From Lytechinus pictus (Eukaryota): 64,000 bases of DNA. The position numbers were made by a program, and so were the translations under genes. Shown piece by piece: positions 13,842 to 27,700 of the stretch (position 1 is the first letter of the stretch; each line of letters starts with the position of its first letter). The notes under the pieces are model-generated. The model saw nothing but the letters and a program-made list of their open reading frames with translations. It was not told the origin of the DNA and did no database searches. The DNA lies in contig NC_087250.1 of NCBI RefSeq assembly GCF_037042905.1, forward strand, positions 15,874,001 to 15,938,000, in the 5' to 3' direction.

Positions 13842-16120
13842 CTCTTTTCACAGAGTGTATAAGCCCATTACCCGGTAACATAAAGCGCAGGGATTGAACG
13901 TAGGGCTGTTCTTCGCAATTGATCATACACAATAACCAATGCGATCAATTGTAGAAATCAACCCTACAATCAATGGCTAACGCTTGTGCTATGGGGCCCG
14001 GGTCATTAGGAACACAGCGTATCCTGTTATGTCGACCTCGATATCACCTTCATTTCCTGATCATCCTGATTCTGGAGTATAGGAAGGACATCCTAAATTG
14101 ATAACATACTTTATTGTAATCTTATTGTTGTGTTTGAAATGAAATATTTAACAGAAAACCTACTTTATTCCATTAAAAAAAAATCGTTTTTTAGATCGAC
14201 CCAGCTTTTGGAGTCATCTTCCAAACGAAACAATTAGCTGTTTATCCTGAAATACGTTTGAATGTAAATTAAATTATTTTTCTGTCCAGCTCTGGGCTCA
14301 GTTGAAGGGGAGTGAACTGTGTGTGGTCTCTCATTGGCTGTGTGTTATAAATACATAGTCTTAGAACATACATTTTTAGATATCTACTTATAGTACAGAG
14401 AATAAATTGGCCTATTGTATTGAATGTTTTGAGAAGAAAAGTAATTGTATTGCTACTTGGTAACATAATTATTGCGGTATAAATATGTTGAGTAGTAGTT
14501 GAGCAGGTTATCATTCAAGTGGGTCTATATTACTAGACTGCACTAGCATTATGGGTCAGGAAACTGGCCAGGTATGAGTAGTTGAGGACTCGAGATGGCG
14601 CTATTGGTTCGCATCTGCTTTAAGATGCACTGGCTGAACAAATATAAGTTATGTATTTGCTTTGTTTTCGACCACCCTTCTTCTTTTCAAAAGGTACTGC
14701 GTTAGTTTTTATTTTTTCGCTCTCTCTTTTCTTATCTCACCCATTCCTTCTCTTATTTTGATTATTTCTCCACTTTCCATGTCATTATAATCAAAATGTA
14801 TCGTGTTGAGATTGTATGTTATCTATAATTGTGAAATATGAGAATGAAATTGTTGTTAATGCTTAGTTCCCACTATGTATCATATAGATGTAACACTATA
14901 TTCTGTCAATTTATTTTTGGGATGCATGGTGAAAAACAAACAAAGCAAATCGAATCAATATCAGAATATAGATCAAAGGTTAACCAATTTAATGGTTTTT
15001 TTAAAAGGGGATAGGGCCTATTATGATTTTCCATTACAGGTTAATGGTTTAATTAGGATATTTATGAGAGAAAAAATAACAAACAAAAAACAACAGTATG
15101 TGGGATGAGGAATAAAGAAAGTAAAATATGAAATGGAAACTTTTTTTTATTCTTCCACTGCTCTCACCCCCCCCCCCCCCCTCTCTCTCTTGAAAGACAT
15201 GTGTAGTATTTCTATATAACATTGTTCATGCTAGTAATTCGGGATTTCATACCGATTATTTTTTATCAGGAATTGTTAGTCGCTGACAATTCCCTGCTTC
15301 TGTTTATGTCGATTTCGTCATTTTATTTGGAAATTTGCCATAAATTAAGTCAACGTGCCTGGAGAGATGTAGGAAGTATTTTAATCGAATTTGCGCATGC
15401 GTAGAACTAACCAATCACTTCGAAGCGTTCTCAACTTTCCACCTGTCTGAAACTACAGAAGAGAGAGAGAGAGGGGGGGGGGGTGCACTCGAATAGACCT
15501 ACAAGAGTGGTGCACAACTATGAATTTTTACAAAGAAGGAATATATTCTCATGATTATTTTGTATAGCAATAGTTGGAAAAGGGTTGCCTTGTTACCCCC
15601 CCCCCCTCCGGTGGTTAAAACAAATCTTTCTATCAAGTAATCGTTTGGGGATCGATGGCATCTCTTGGTCTTAAGAAATATGATTGAATCGAATAAAAAT
15701 CCAACCAATTAATTTATCAATGATAAGTTGTGTAAATATGATTTTGTTGATTTGTTGATTGCAACTGCCTGTCCAACTCATTGGCCTCGGGTTTGACCTC
15801 CTTTTCTCTGGGGGTATTTCAAAAAGATCTGGCCCGGACAATCCATGTAATAAAAGATATATATATCTTGGGTAAAAGAGAAAGTGGTTGTTATTTCCTG
15901 TTCAGACCTAATTAGGTGTATTCGAAATCCCGGATCCTGAAAGGGCTTGATATTGAGGCAAATAAAAACAGTTTGCAACCTGGTACAAGCGTCAGTCGAG
16001 GCGTTTGAAATACTTTTACCAAGTTCGCTAACATACACTGGTTGATTTAAAAAAGCGTCTCCTCTTGGTTGACTGAAGATTGGACTGCTTCAGCCCTGAT
16101 TGGTGTCTTAATCAGCCATC

Positions 16121-16194
16121 ATGGGGTTGGTTGCATTGTTCTTCGTCCTTTCCATTAGTGCATCGCTGATACCTGGAGGAATAACGAATTCTGC
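16121..16194 (+). CDS. C3: C3 exon 1 (MGLVALFFVLSISASLIPGGITNSA, signal peptide)
   Basis: gccatcATGG start context, hydrophobic leader, donor GTAAGT at 16195; phase 2 matches exon 2. Confidence 0.85.
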
Positions 16195-19100
16195 GTAAGT
16201 ATAACACACAGGGAGTGGATTATGTGCTCCCGTTTTGTCCAGTGTTGTGTGCGCCTCAATGACGACTTGCTTGCTTGAATACTCCCCAGGGAGTGGATGA
16301 TGTACATATTGGTGTATATATCCAGTGTTGTGTGTGCATCAATGACGACTTGCTTGCTTGAATACTCTCCAGGGAGTGGATGATGTACATACTGGTGTAT
16401 ATATCCAGTGTTGTGTGCGCATTAATGACGACTTGCTTGCTTGAATACTCCCCAGGGAGTGGATGATGTACATACTGGTGTATATATCCAGTGTTGTGTG
16501 TGCATTAATGACGACTTGCTTGCTTGAATACTCTCCAGGGAGTGGATGATGTACATACTGGTGTATCCAGTGTTGTGTGCGCCTCAATGACGAATACTCC
16601 CCATGAGTGGATGATGTACATACGTTGTGTGCGGGAATGACTGATTGGATTCAAAGACCGGGGTAATAAATGATTTGTAAGCGCTTAGGTAGGCGTACGC
16701 CATTATAAATAATGAAACTATTGATAGGCCTATTATAAATCAAATTGGTTCAGTCCCCGTTTTGGTATCATTGTAAATAGTCTATTCATTTTCCGCTTCC
16801 GAGGTTTAAGTTGCCTCCCTTGAATCTCTTGTCCGTTATCCTCATTTGTTTCCCTCATATTGTATTTCTTAAACACTTGTAGGCTTATATACATGGACAG
16901 CAATATCAAATGAGCCTATATTTTTAAATGATAATTGAGGGGACGTATCAAAAGACATTTGCTTAACCCTTTCCACGCGTAGGCCTACTTCCCACAAATG
17001 CACGCTCGGTGCCGTGCGAGCATTCCACGTTCAAACAAATAATCCATTTTATTTATCCTTCGGTTCCATAATAATACCATCTGTGAAATTAGATTTTACC
17101 CATTTCTGAAAAAGCTTGTGATATCCTCTACAACTTTACTTGAATCATTTCCCCCTCAAAATGTTGCAGTGAAAGGTTATAGGGAGTTGAATTGAGCAAG
17201 TCCACTTTGTTTAAAGCTCCTTATACCTCACTGAAATTCAGCAGAGAGGGCGCATCAGTAGGTCGAATACTTTAGCCGACGTATCGAGTCTGGCTCATTT
17301 TGGGCTCTTAACTATTTCAAGTGTTGAGAGTCGGATATGAACCCAGGATCCACTCAATTACTAGTACCTAGTACCCACTGGTCGTGTAGTCTAGTGGTTA
17401 GAGCATACTCGTAATCGCAAGGTTGTGAGTTCGAATCCCAAACTCTTCCAGTGTCTCCACTTTAATAAAAAGAACCGAGAATAATTGAAATATCTGTCGT
17501 TTACAAGGTCATCGTGGAGCAATCGCAGTGATCTTTTCAGATCGTATAACAGATCATATCGGATCAGTCGTGGCAAAGGGAAAAGGGATACCAGGTACTT
17601 CACTCAGTTAATGGAATCCAACAAAAAGAAAGCAAATATACGTAAATTATCAATAAGAGATAGAATAACTTTTGATCAAAATGATATAAAAAATGAAATG
17701 AGGAACTTTTATAGCATGTTATATGCAAAGAGAGACGATAAGATCCTTGATGATGACTTTTTCTCCGATGTAACCAATTTATCAGACGAATCGATGAAAT
17801 CATGTGAAGGGAAAATTACGGAAGGTGAATGTTTAGCTCCCTTAAAAGGAATGAAGTTAAATAAATCACCGGGTAATGACGGGCATATAAATAATAACGT
17901 AGAATTTTATTTAGTGTTCTGGCCGCTGATTGGGGATGTTTTAGTTGATGCTTTAAATAATGCTTTTATAAGAGGAGAACTTTCGCCATCACAAAGACAA
18001 GCAATTATTACTTTAATTCATAAAGAAGGAAAGGATCCATTATATATTAAAAATTATCGGCCCATCTCACTGTTAAATGTAGACTACAAGATTTTGGCGA
18101 AGGTACTTTCAACAAGAATAAAGGAGGTGTTGCATGAAATAATCAATGTCGACCAAGTAGGATATTTAAAAGGAAGGAATATTGGGGAAGCTATTAGACT
18201 TATAGATGACATAATCTTTCACTCGGTAAAAAATGATATATCGGCATATCTATTGGCCATTGATTTTGAAAAGGCATTTTATTCGGTTTCACATTGTTTT
18301 TTATTTAAAGTAATTGCAAAGTTTTGGTTTTGGACCCTCATTTTGTAAATGGATAAGTACTTTGTATAAAAAAGCTGAAAGTTGTGTTTTTAATGGCAGT
18401 ATTTCAACAGGTTACTTTGATATAGGGAGAGGGGTAAGACAAGGAGATCCGTTATCCCCCTATCTTTTTATTTTATATATTGAAATTTTGGCTAACAGAA
18501 TAAGACTTGATCCAGAAATTCACGGAATTAAGTTTGGGAATACAGAAGTTAAGCAAATTTTATACGCAGATGATATGACAATTTTTGTAAAAGACACTTA
18601 GTCGATTGAAAAGTTAGATATGCTGTTTGAATGTTTTTCCGAAACGTCAGGGTTGAGGATGAATAAAGATAAAACCTTTATTATGTTACTGGGACACCAT
18701 GGAAAAATAGATCAAATTTTACCTTTTGGTAAAGTGGAGCAGATGGTTAGGATCTTAGGTGTATATTTTTCATTAGATAGAGAAAGTCAAGTAAGAATAA
18801 ATTAAAAAGAAATACTTAGTAGAATAAAGAAAATTTTGATGTGGTGGAAGCAAAGGGATTTGACATTAATGGACAAAATTCAGCTAATTAAAACATTCCT
18901 ACTATACTATCTAAATTGATAAACGTTTCTTCTCTTACCCTTGTCCCTACATGGGTAATAGAGGATGTTAATACATTGATCTTTGGATTTTTATGGGGTG
19001 GTAAAGATAAAATTAAAAGAGACATTGTTTATTTAGATTATGAGAATGCTGGTCTAAAAATGACAGATTTTCAGTTATTTATTAAGACACAAAGAATTAT

Positions 19101-22100
19101 GTGGATTAAAAGACTTATAATGGGAGAGCCAAAAATGAAATGGAAACAATATTTCAGATACTTAGCACACGGTATGGGAGGATTGCTAATTTGTTATAGT
19201 AACCTCACAATGAATTTGATAGGATTTGAACTGCCTGAATTTTATACAGAAATGTTAGATGTATGGTTTAATAAGAAATTCTTTTTACTTAAAGACGAGA
19301 AGAATAAAAGAAATGAGATCATTTCAATAATAGGTTCATCCGTTTCAAAGGACAAACATATTTTAATGAAAAGCTGTTTTTGAAGAATATTTATAAACTC
19401 TATCATATTGTAGATAAAGATGGGAAGATGAAGTCTATCTCGACCTTTCAAAAAATGGGTTTGAATCGTTTTGAAAAAGAAAAGATATACTCAAAATTTT
19501 TAACATTCCATACTTTTGGAAGGACTCGCTAAAAAAAGAGGGTCAAAGTTCCATAGATAGTGAGTTAATTTTGGATTTTCAATTGAAGGGCAGGATTTTT
19601 GACTTGCAAGACATCACATCATAAAGAATATATGATACTCTTGTAAGTATGAAAACTGATATACCCCAAGCATTTAAAAGGCTTGAGGAAAAATATAATA
19701 TAACAAAAATACATATTTCTGATATTTTTCTAAGACCACGAAAATCCACTCTGAACAGTAGACTCAGATAATTTCAATATAAAATATTACAGAATATACT
19801 GTACACAAAAAAATATTTATATTTATTTAAAATGACAACAGATGATTTATGTTCATTCTGCAGTAAAGAAGAAGAAACATATGATCATATATTTTTTCAT
19901 GTGATAAGATAAAAACTATATGGAAAGAATGTGGGAACATGCTTCAACTCCCTATTATCATGATTATTACAAATATAGATCAAAAAGGTGTTCACGTAGG
20001 CGTGGAAGGTTCAACTAGAGGAGAGGCTCAATTATTAAATCACATAATAATCCTAATAAAGTATATGATTTTAAAAAATAGTAGAAACACAAAATTTCCA
20101 CCGACTCTTAACCATATTAAGGAAAAAATACAAGAAGATAGACTAGAAGAAAGAAAACTAGCTGAACAGAGAGGTCTATTAACAAACCATTTCAGAAAAT
20201 GGGACAAGTTTATTTTCTAGAGATGCTGGGGGCAAAGAAAGTTCAAGCATACAGTTATCATGGTTATTAAACACTCAAAATGCGAGGGAGATGGTCTGGT
20301 CCGTATTGTCGCACCCCTCCTGGAGCGGGTCGGAGCAGTCATTTTGGGGTGGTCTTTGTGTCTTTGGTTCCTTCTGAAGTGAACATAGAAAAATAATAAT
20401 ATGTATAAAAAATAACAATACGCTGTTTCGCTCCAGAGGGAGCTAGAGCGCGCTCTCGGGGATATGGATCCCGCTTCTGAAGAGACTAGTCTCTTATCTC
20501 TCTCTGGGGGGGGGGGGGGGGGGTGATTGGGGGCCGGAGTGGCTCTTTTGCATTTGGAGTGAAGATTCAGGTGCGCAAGTTAGATCTTGGTTGCGGCACA
20601 GCACAGAATGCAGATTGAAATGGTGGGTAGTTGGGGTTTAGGGGAGGGAAGCAGGCCGCGCTTCCTGGGCTTGGATGGGATGGGGGGGGGGGGGGCAGTT
20701 GGGATGGGAGGGTGTTTTACTTCTGTTACTCATTCAGTTCAATTGCGTCGCTATAAATTCTTTTTTTGTCATATTTGTATTTTTTTCCTACAGACTAAAG
20801 TATCTACTTTGTTCTAAATGATTTGAATGTTATATTCTCTATTTTTTTGTACAATTTTTTTGTATTATGAATTATTATTTATTTGACTTTGTGAACAGTG
20901 TTACTTGTATGATTTTGAACTGAATGAGTTTAATAAATACTATTACAAAAAAAAATCGTATTGATCGTAGAGAAAATTTTGAATGGTTCAACCTTCAGTT
21001 ATGAAATCGTAGCTTTCGTAAAGGATCGCGCACAGTGGGAACGAGGTGTAGGATCCAACCCGTGGCTTGATGGAAAAATTATGGTTCCTCATTCAAGGGG
21101 AGTCCGACTCGCCTAAAAAAAAAAAAAAAAATCAAATACCGAAAAAAAAAACAGATATGGGTGAAAGAGCCTTAAAGGCATGGTCCGGGCTAAAAATATT
21201 TAAATGTAAATAAATAGAATAAAATTCACAGAGCAAAATGCTGAAAATATCATCAAAGTCGGATGACAAATAACGAAATTATTGAAATTTTAAGTTTACC
21301 AATATTTTGTGAAACAGTAAATGTGCACATCGTCATGAATATTCATTTGGTGGGCTGATGATTTCACGTCCCCACTTTCCCTTTTCTTATCTTATTACAT
21401 GATATCATAAATATTTTATTTTGTTTCATACATAATTATGTAAATGATGTGTCTCCATTATGATGAAATAAGTTGCGGAAACTTAATCAGTTGTCAATCC
21501 AATTGTTTTAGTTATTGGTATAAAATTTTTGAATACACCTAATTTAATATAATAAAATACAAAAGAACAAGTGGGGATATGACATTATCAGCCCACCTAA
21601 TGAATATTCATAAAGACATGCATAGAACTGTTTCACCGGAATAATGCAAATGTTTAAAATTCAATGAACTTCGTTATTTGTTATCCGATTTTGATCAAAT
21701 TTTCAGCATTTTGCTTTGTGAATTTTACTCTATTTATTGAGATATAAATATCTCCAGCCTGGACCATCCCTTTACATTTCAATATTATAAGCAGAGTATG
21801 GCCAGGCCGCTTTTCTCCAGCAATTTTATGCCTTGAACCTAACTATTTTCATGGAAAAATTTGATTATTTTTTTTATTTTGAGAACCGATAGATGCACTG
21901 AATATTGTTGAAGTGGATAGGAATATCAAACCAAGCTACAATACGATGTTGATGGCTGGATGACAAAATTATTTCCCTCCCAATTTCATCAATGTCGTAT
22001 AATTATTGTTCAATTGTTATTATTTTTAGCATTATTATGAGCAGTACGCGATTTTTTATTGCAATATTTTTTTTCGGTTTATAACCCGCCCTTTTACCAA

Positions 22101-24570
22101 TTAATTTGGAAGTATATACTAAATGGAAAATACTATTATAGGTTTTAGGTCTTCAATCAACTGGCGCAAATCTAAGCGGTGAAACTATACATTGTTGAGG
22201 GGTGTCAATCTATTGTTACATCCTCCCACTTGATAAGCATGACGTCACGGATTTGCACCTATGCTTTAACCATTTCATAAGGAAAGTGAATTACATTTTT
22301 TTAGAAAGTCATATATTGACTAGTTTTTTATAATAATCTAATCAATTTAAGGATGGATGGGAACATCCGGATAAAAATAACTTGTTGAATCTGTCGTGCA
22401 TCGTGGAGCAAAAAAACTCTCGGATATCTTCTCTTTCTTTCTTTCTTTCATTTCTTTCTTCCTTCCTCCCTCCCTCCCTCCCTCCCTTCCTTCCTGTCTC
22501 TCTTTCTTTCTTTCTTCCTAATTCCTTCCTTCCTTTCTTTTTTTCTTTCTTTTTTTCTTTCTTTCTTCCTTCCTTTCTTTCTTTCTTTCTTCCTTCCTTC
22601 CTTCATTCCTTTCTTTCTTTCTTTCTCTCGCTAATTCTCTCTCCCTTTCTCTCTCTCTCTCCCTCTCTCTGTCACTCCTTTACAGCTTCTTTATGGTGAC
22701 ATCCCCCAATGTTTTCCGAGTTGGAGTGCCTGAGAAGGTGTTGGTTACCCGGGTTAGAGGCGGTGGCAACAACGACATTTCCGTAAAGGTCTCCCTCTCT
22801 AAACCAGGATCTACAGATGAGCCGTTTTCCCATGAAACGAGATCTGTTGGTGAAGGTATGTGCGGATTCTACAGGCTGAAAACATCATGATTTGACAACA
22901 CAAAAAATAGCCAAAAACAAATAATGAAAACTTGATCAAAATCGAAAAAGGAATAACAAAGTTGTGGCATTTTGAAGGTTTGTATTATTTCGGTGAAACA
23001 GTTCCAGGCATGTCTTCATGACAATTCAATGAACTAACCGATGATGTCATATCCCGACTTGTTATTTTGTATTTTATTACATGAAATTATGTTTATTCAA
23101 TATTTTTCCTCCTTAAACTAACAAATTTGGGTTGATAACTGATTTAATGCATTATATATTCACTGCTGCAACTTATTTTCCTGAAGGGGACACAGTGTTA
23201 ACGCATGAGGTCTACATTGATGGCATATGGGTGAAGTAAACCTTTTTGGGGGGCATTTGAAGCATTTTTCAAATGTTTCATTATTTTTCTTTCGTTGTTA
23301 TATTGCTTTAAATCAGGGATTGATGCCTATTGTCAGGGTTTAGATCTATACTTTGAAACATTATTGCATTTGCTGACGTACAGTAGATAAAAGGACAAAC
23401 AGTTCAGGGTTCCATTTCACAAAAAAGTTAACATGATAACAACTCTTGCTTGTCAACACCATGACAGCAGTGAAAATTTGTTTCCTGGTTGGCTCTTCTA
23501 AACAAAGTTGACATTTTAGCAAGAGTTGCTATCTTATCAACTTCTTTTTAATAACATGGGACCCATGTTGTGCGAGCCTCAACAAACATGACAAAGTTGC
23601 CCCCTTTATAATGCTACGGATAAATGGTTGAGTAGCTGTTCTTCTCCTTGCACCAAACTGTAGCTTCTTCTGTCGAGTTTGAGGTGGTAGTTCGACCCGA
23701 GGACCTTGTGAACAATGAGGGAGAATTCCAGCACATGGTGTTAAAGGCGGAATGTCCTGATGACATCAGCATACTCAATAAGGAAACAGAAGTTCTTGTA
23801 ACGCTCCAATCTGGATACGTGTTCGTCCAAACCGACAAGCCAATCTACACCCCAAATCAAAACGGTAAAAAAAAATTTGTTAATCTTTTTTATTTCTTTT
23901 TTATATTTCTTTCTTTCTTTCTTTATTTATTATTATTATTATCATTTTTTTTTTTTTTTTTTTTTTGGGGGGCGCCTTTGTTTCCATCAATAATAATAGC
24001 AATGATAATATTATCCACTAGCGTACCTATGGGGGGCAGGGGGGCAGACTGCCCCCCCCCTGACGAGTCACAACCCATGCAAGGGACGTATCCCTGCCCC
24101 CCTGGCGAGTCACAACTGATCCCTGACGAGCCACAAGTAGCCCCCTCCTTTGAAGTTGAAGACCTTTTTTTTTTTTTTTTTTTTTTGCTTGTCAATTTTT
24201 TTTCTAGTATGAAATCCTTTATTTCGGGTTAAAGACCTTTTTTTCTTTTTATTTGCTTGTCAATTTTTTTGGCGGACGATTTTGCCCCCCCCCCCCCTGT
24301 GGAAAATCCTAGGTACGCTACTGATATTATCTTAGTCTTGCATAGCGCTCTTCATGAGATCCATTTGTATCAGGAGAGGAGAGACCCAATCAACTTTCGA
24401 TCGAGTCTTACCTGAAGACCTTTCTTTTCCCCCACTCCAACATCATCGCAAGAATAACTTAATAAATTTTAGCACTACTTAGAGAGTATTTGAACTGAAT
24501 GATGATTCTATTGAATACTGTTTAAATATACTTGTGAGGAAGATACTGGCCTATATAATAACCCATCATC

Positions 24571-24602
<32 letters not shown>

Positions 24603-24634
24603 CATCACCATAATCACTTCATCATCACCACCAC

Positions 24635-24702
<68 letters not shown>

Positions 24703-27700
24703 CCACCATCATCATCATCATCATCATCACCACCATCATCATCATCGTCATCATCGTCACCATCATCACCATCATTACCATCATCATCATCATCACCATC
24801 ATCACCATCATCATCACCATCATCACTTCATCATCACCATCATCATCATCACCACCATCATCATCGTCATCATTTTCAGAACATGGAAAATACTTGTTTA
24901 GGGTACTTTTCGAGACCCCATGGTCGCGCATGGTATCCACTCGTCAATGGAAGTCCCCGGGGGGGGGGGGGGCAAAACTTTAAAAGGACCTAAAAATGTT
25001 TTGACAGTCAAGAAATTTTGTTTAACAGTACGGACAGCCGGAGGGCAGCAACACCGATGGGAATTAAGTGTTGACACCCTGTACGTTCGATATTAATCAT
25101 ATATATGTCTTATTGAGTCATCATTAGGTCTAATTTTTTTTTTTCATTTACCAGCGTATGTTCAATTCGGTATTGTTTCTTGCTATCCGGGCTTGTTATG
25201 GACTTAAAAAAACAGAAAAAAGTTAGGGAGCAACAAGCTTAAGAGCATGTAATGATTCTGATATGCCGGGCTGATATGCAACACTCGGTTTGTAGATTCA
25301 ATGAGCGAGTGAACGAAAATCACATTGGCGGTCATTCAAAAGAAGACAATAATTCAACTCCAAATTCCCCCCCCACCCCCTGCCCCCATCCTGTACGCCA
25401 TGCACACATATAGGCGTAGAATAATTTAAAATTCTTTCATATGTTTCTATTCACTCTAGTGATGATAAAGGTGATGTCTTTGGATCAAGATATGCGTCCA
25501 TCTGATCGAGAGGTATGTTCGTAGTTACCTCATGGGAAAGTTTGTGACCGTTCATTTCTTCCATTTAAGATGGGGCAAGTACACTGTAAAAACTCCGGTG
25601 TTGATTTAACGCCAGCCCGGAGTCTATATGTCAACACCAGAGAAGTATTGAAAAACACCAGTTTGGAATAAAATCGATGCTATTTTAATACTAAATGGTG
25701 TTGTACAAACACTTATCTGGTGTTATAGACCAAAACGAAATTAGTTTGTTGTTGTTCTCTGGTGTGGACATATATATACACTCCGGGCTGGTGTTAAATC
25801 AACACCAGAGTTTTGGCAGTGTAGCATGCCTGACACTGCAAGATTCACAACTTGCTTTGACCAGGGGAGAGTTTTATTAACATTTATAATTATGTTCGAC
25901 AGGTTGTCATATTTGACAACTTTCCTTGATTTTGATTGACTAAAGAACCAGTTCCTATGAAACTGTCGGATAAGTACTTGTCAGACGTTTTATCCAACAA
26001 GACCTTGGTGCTCTCCTGGGGCCCGTTTCTCAACACCTGGACAAGTTAGTCATATCTTTATCCACCAACCACGGAGTTAGTTCCAATCTTACTAAACCCG
26101 TTTCACGAAGGGCTTCCTAACTAGAATCCCTTGATATCGATACTATCGGTAGAAAGAGCAGACGAGACGTAGCCTTAGTCACAAAATAGCATAATTTTTG
26201 AAAAGCAAAAATGTGATAAAACTGCAATTATTGTGATTAATTTGGAAATACATCTAATAAAAATAATAGCAGAGGCAAAATATGAACCATGCATACTTAA
26301 ACCATGAAGACTTGAGCATCTAATTGCTGAGAAAATCAAATTATGAATATATCATTTCATGACTAAAAAATCACATGGGGACAATGAGATGGGTATCCCC
26401 GGGATAGTAAATTTTGATAGTTTACGAAAGTAAACCACAATTGTTATCTTTGTAAAATAATGATAATTATACGTTTATTTATGGTTCCAAACATCATCAA
26501 AATATAGTTTAAATTAATTTTTTTTTTTTTACATACCGAAACACACGATTTGACAAATTCTTTGCATAAATTAGAGATAGAATTTATCAAAAATGTTGAT
26601 AAGTGTTTGAAAACGACGAATACGAGTCCAGTTATGGATGACCTGCCGTGGTAGAATCTTTATCGATTCAATTACTTTACTATTTTAAAATGAGTGGTTT
26701 TGTTGCGTTTTACCAACAGTTTTGATAGTTTCTGTGCATAACAATTATTATTGAATGATCTATCACACCTGTTTTGCAATGTAATTTCAACTTCTATGAA
26801 TGATTACGTAAGATTACAATTGTCAAATTTCGAGGCAATTTTGCATGTCATAGTCTACCCACGTGATGCCACTACGTCATTAAAGGACAAGTCCACCCCA
26901 ACAAAAACTTGATTTGAATAAAAAGAGAAAAATTCAACAAGCATAACACTGACAATTTCATCAAAATCGGATGTAAAATAAGAAAGTTATGACATTTTGA
27001 AGTTTCGCTTCATTTCACAAAACAGTTATATGCACATCTCGGTCGGTATGCAAATGAGGGAACTGATGACATCACTCACTCACTATTTCTTTTGTATTTT
27101 ATTCTATGAAATATGAAATATTTTGATTTTCTTGTCATTGTCATGTGAAATGAAGTTCATTCCTCCCTGAACACGTGGAATTCCATTATTTTAACATTTT
27201 GTGCTTCAGGAAAGGAGGTCCTAATCATCAAATTTGTAAAAATTGAAATATTGTATTATTAAAACAATAAAAAACAAAAGAAATAGTGAGTGAGTGACAT
27301 CATCGACTCTCTCATTTGGATGTAACTGGCTCGTTCATATAACTATTTTGTTAATAATAAGCGAAACTTTGAAATGTCATAACTATCTTATTTTAAATCC
27401 GATTTTGATGAAATTTTCAGCATTGTGCTTGTCTGATTTTTCTCTATTGATACAAATCAACATTTTTCTGAGGTGGACTTGACCTTTAAGAAAGAAGTTA
27501 TGACAGGTTCGGAGGTGTCATAAATATTTAGTGAGGTTGTTGTACCCGATCTTGGTAAAGAGGGCTTCGTGAAACGGTTAGCGGACAAGTAGCTCACTAT
27601 CTCCGATTTAGTCAAGAAGTTAGACTTATGACGGTGTTGAGAAACGGGCCCCAGGGCCCCGTTTCTCAACACCTGGACAAGTTAGTCATATCTTTATCCA

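Noticed and set aside
17380..17575. Tx1 element targeting a tRNA-like sequence
   Set aside because: About 130 bp of unrelated repeat separates the SINE head from the start of LINE homology, and no TSD was found.
20470..20505. CTGAAGAG-ACTAGT-CTC as a second hammerhead
   Set aside because: No GAAA box after the hairpin.
24534..24983. Poly-His/Ile/Met ORFs on both strands
   Set aside because: Translations of a (CAT)n microsatellite; the same applies to ORFs at 3010-3654, 22382-22699 and 54531-54920.
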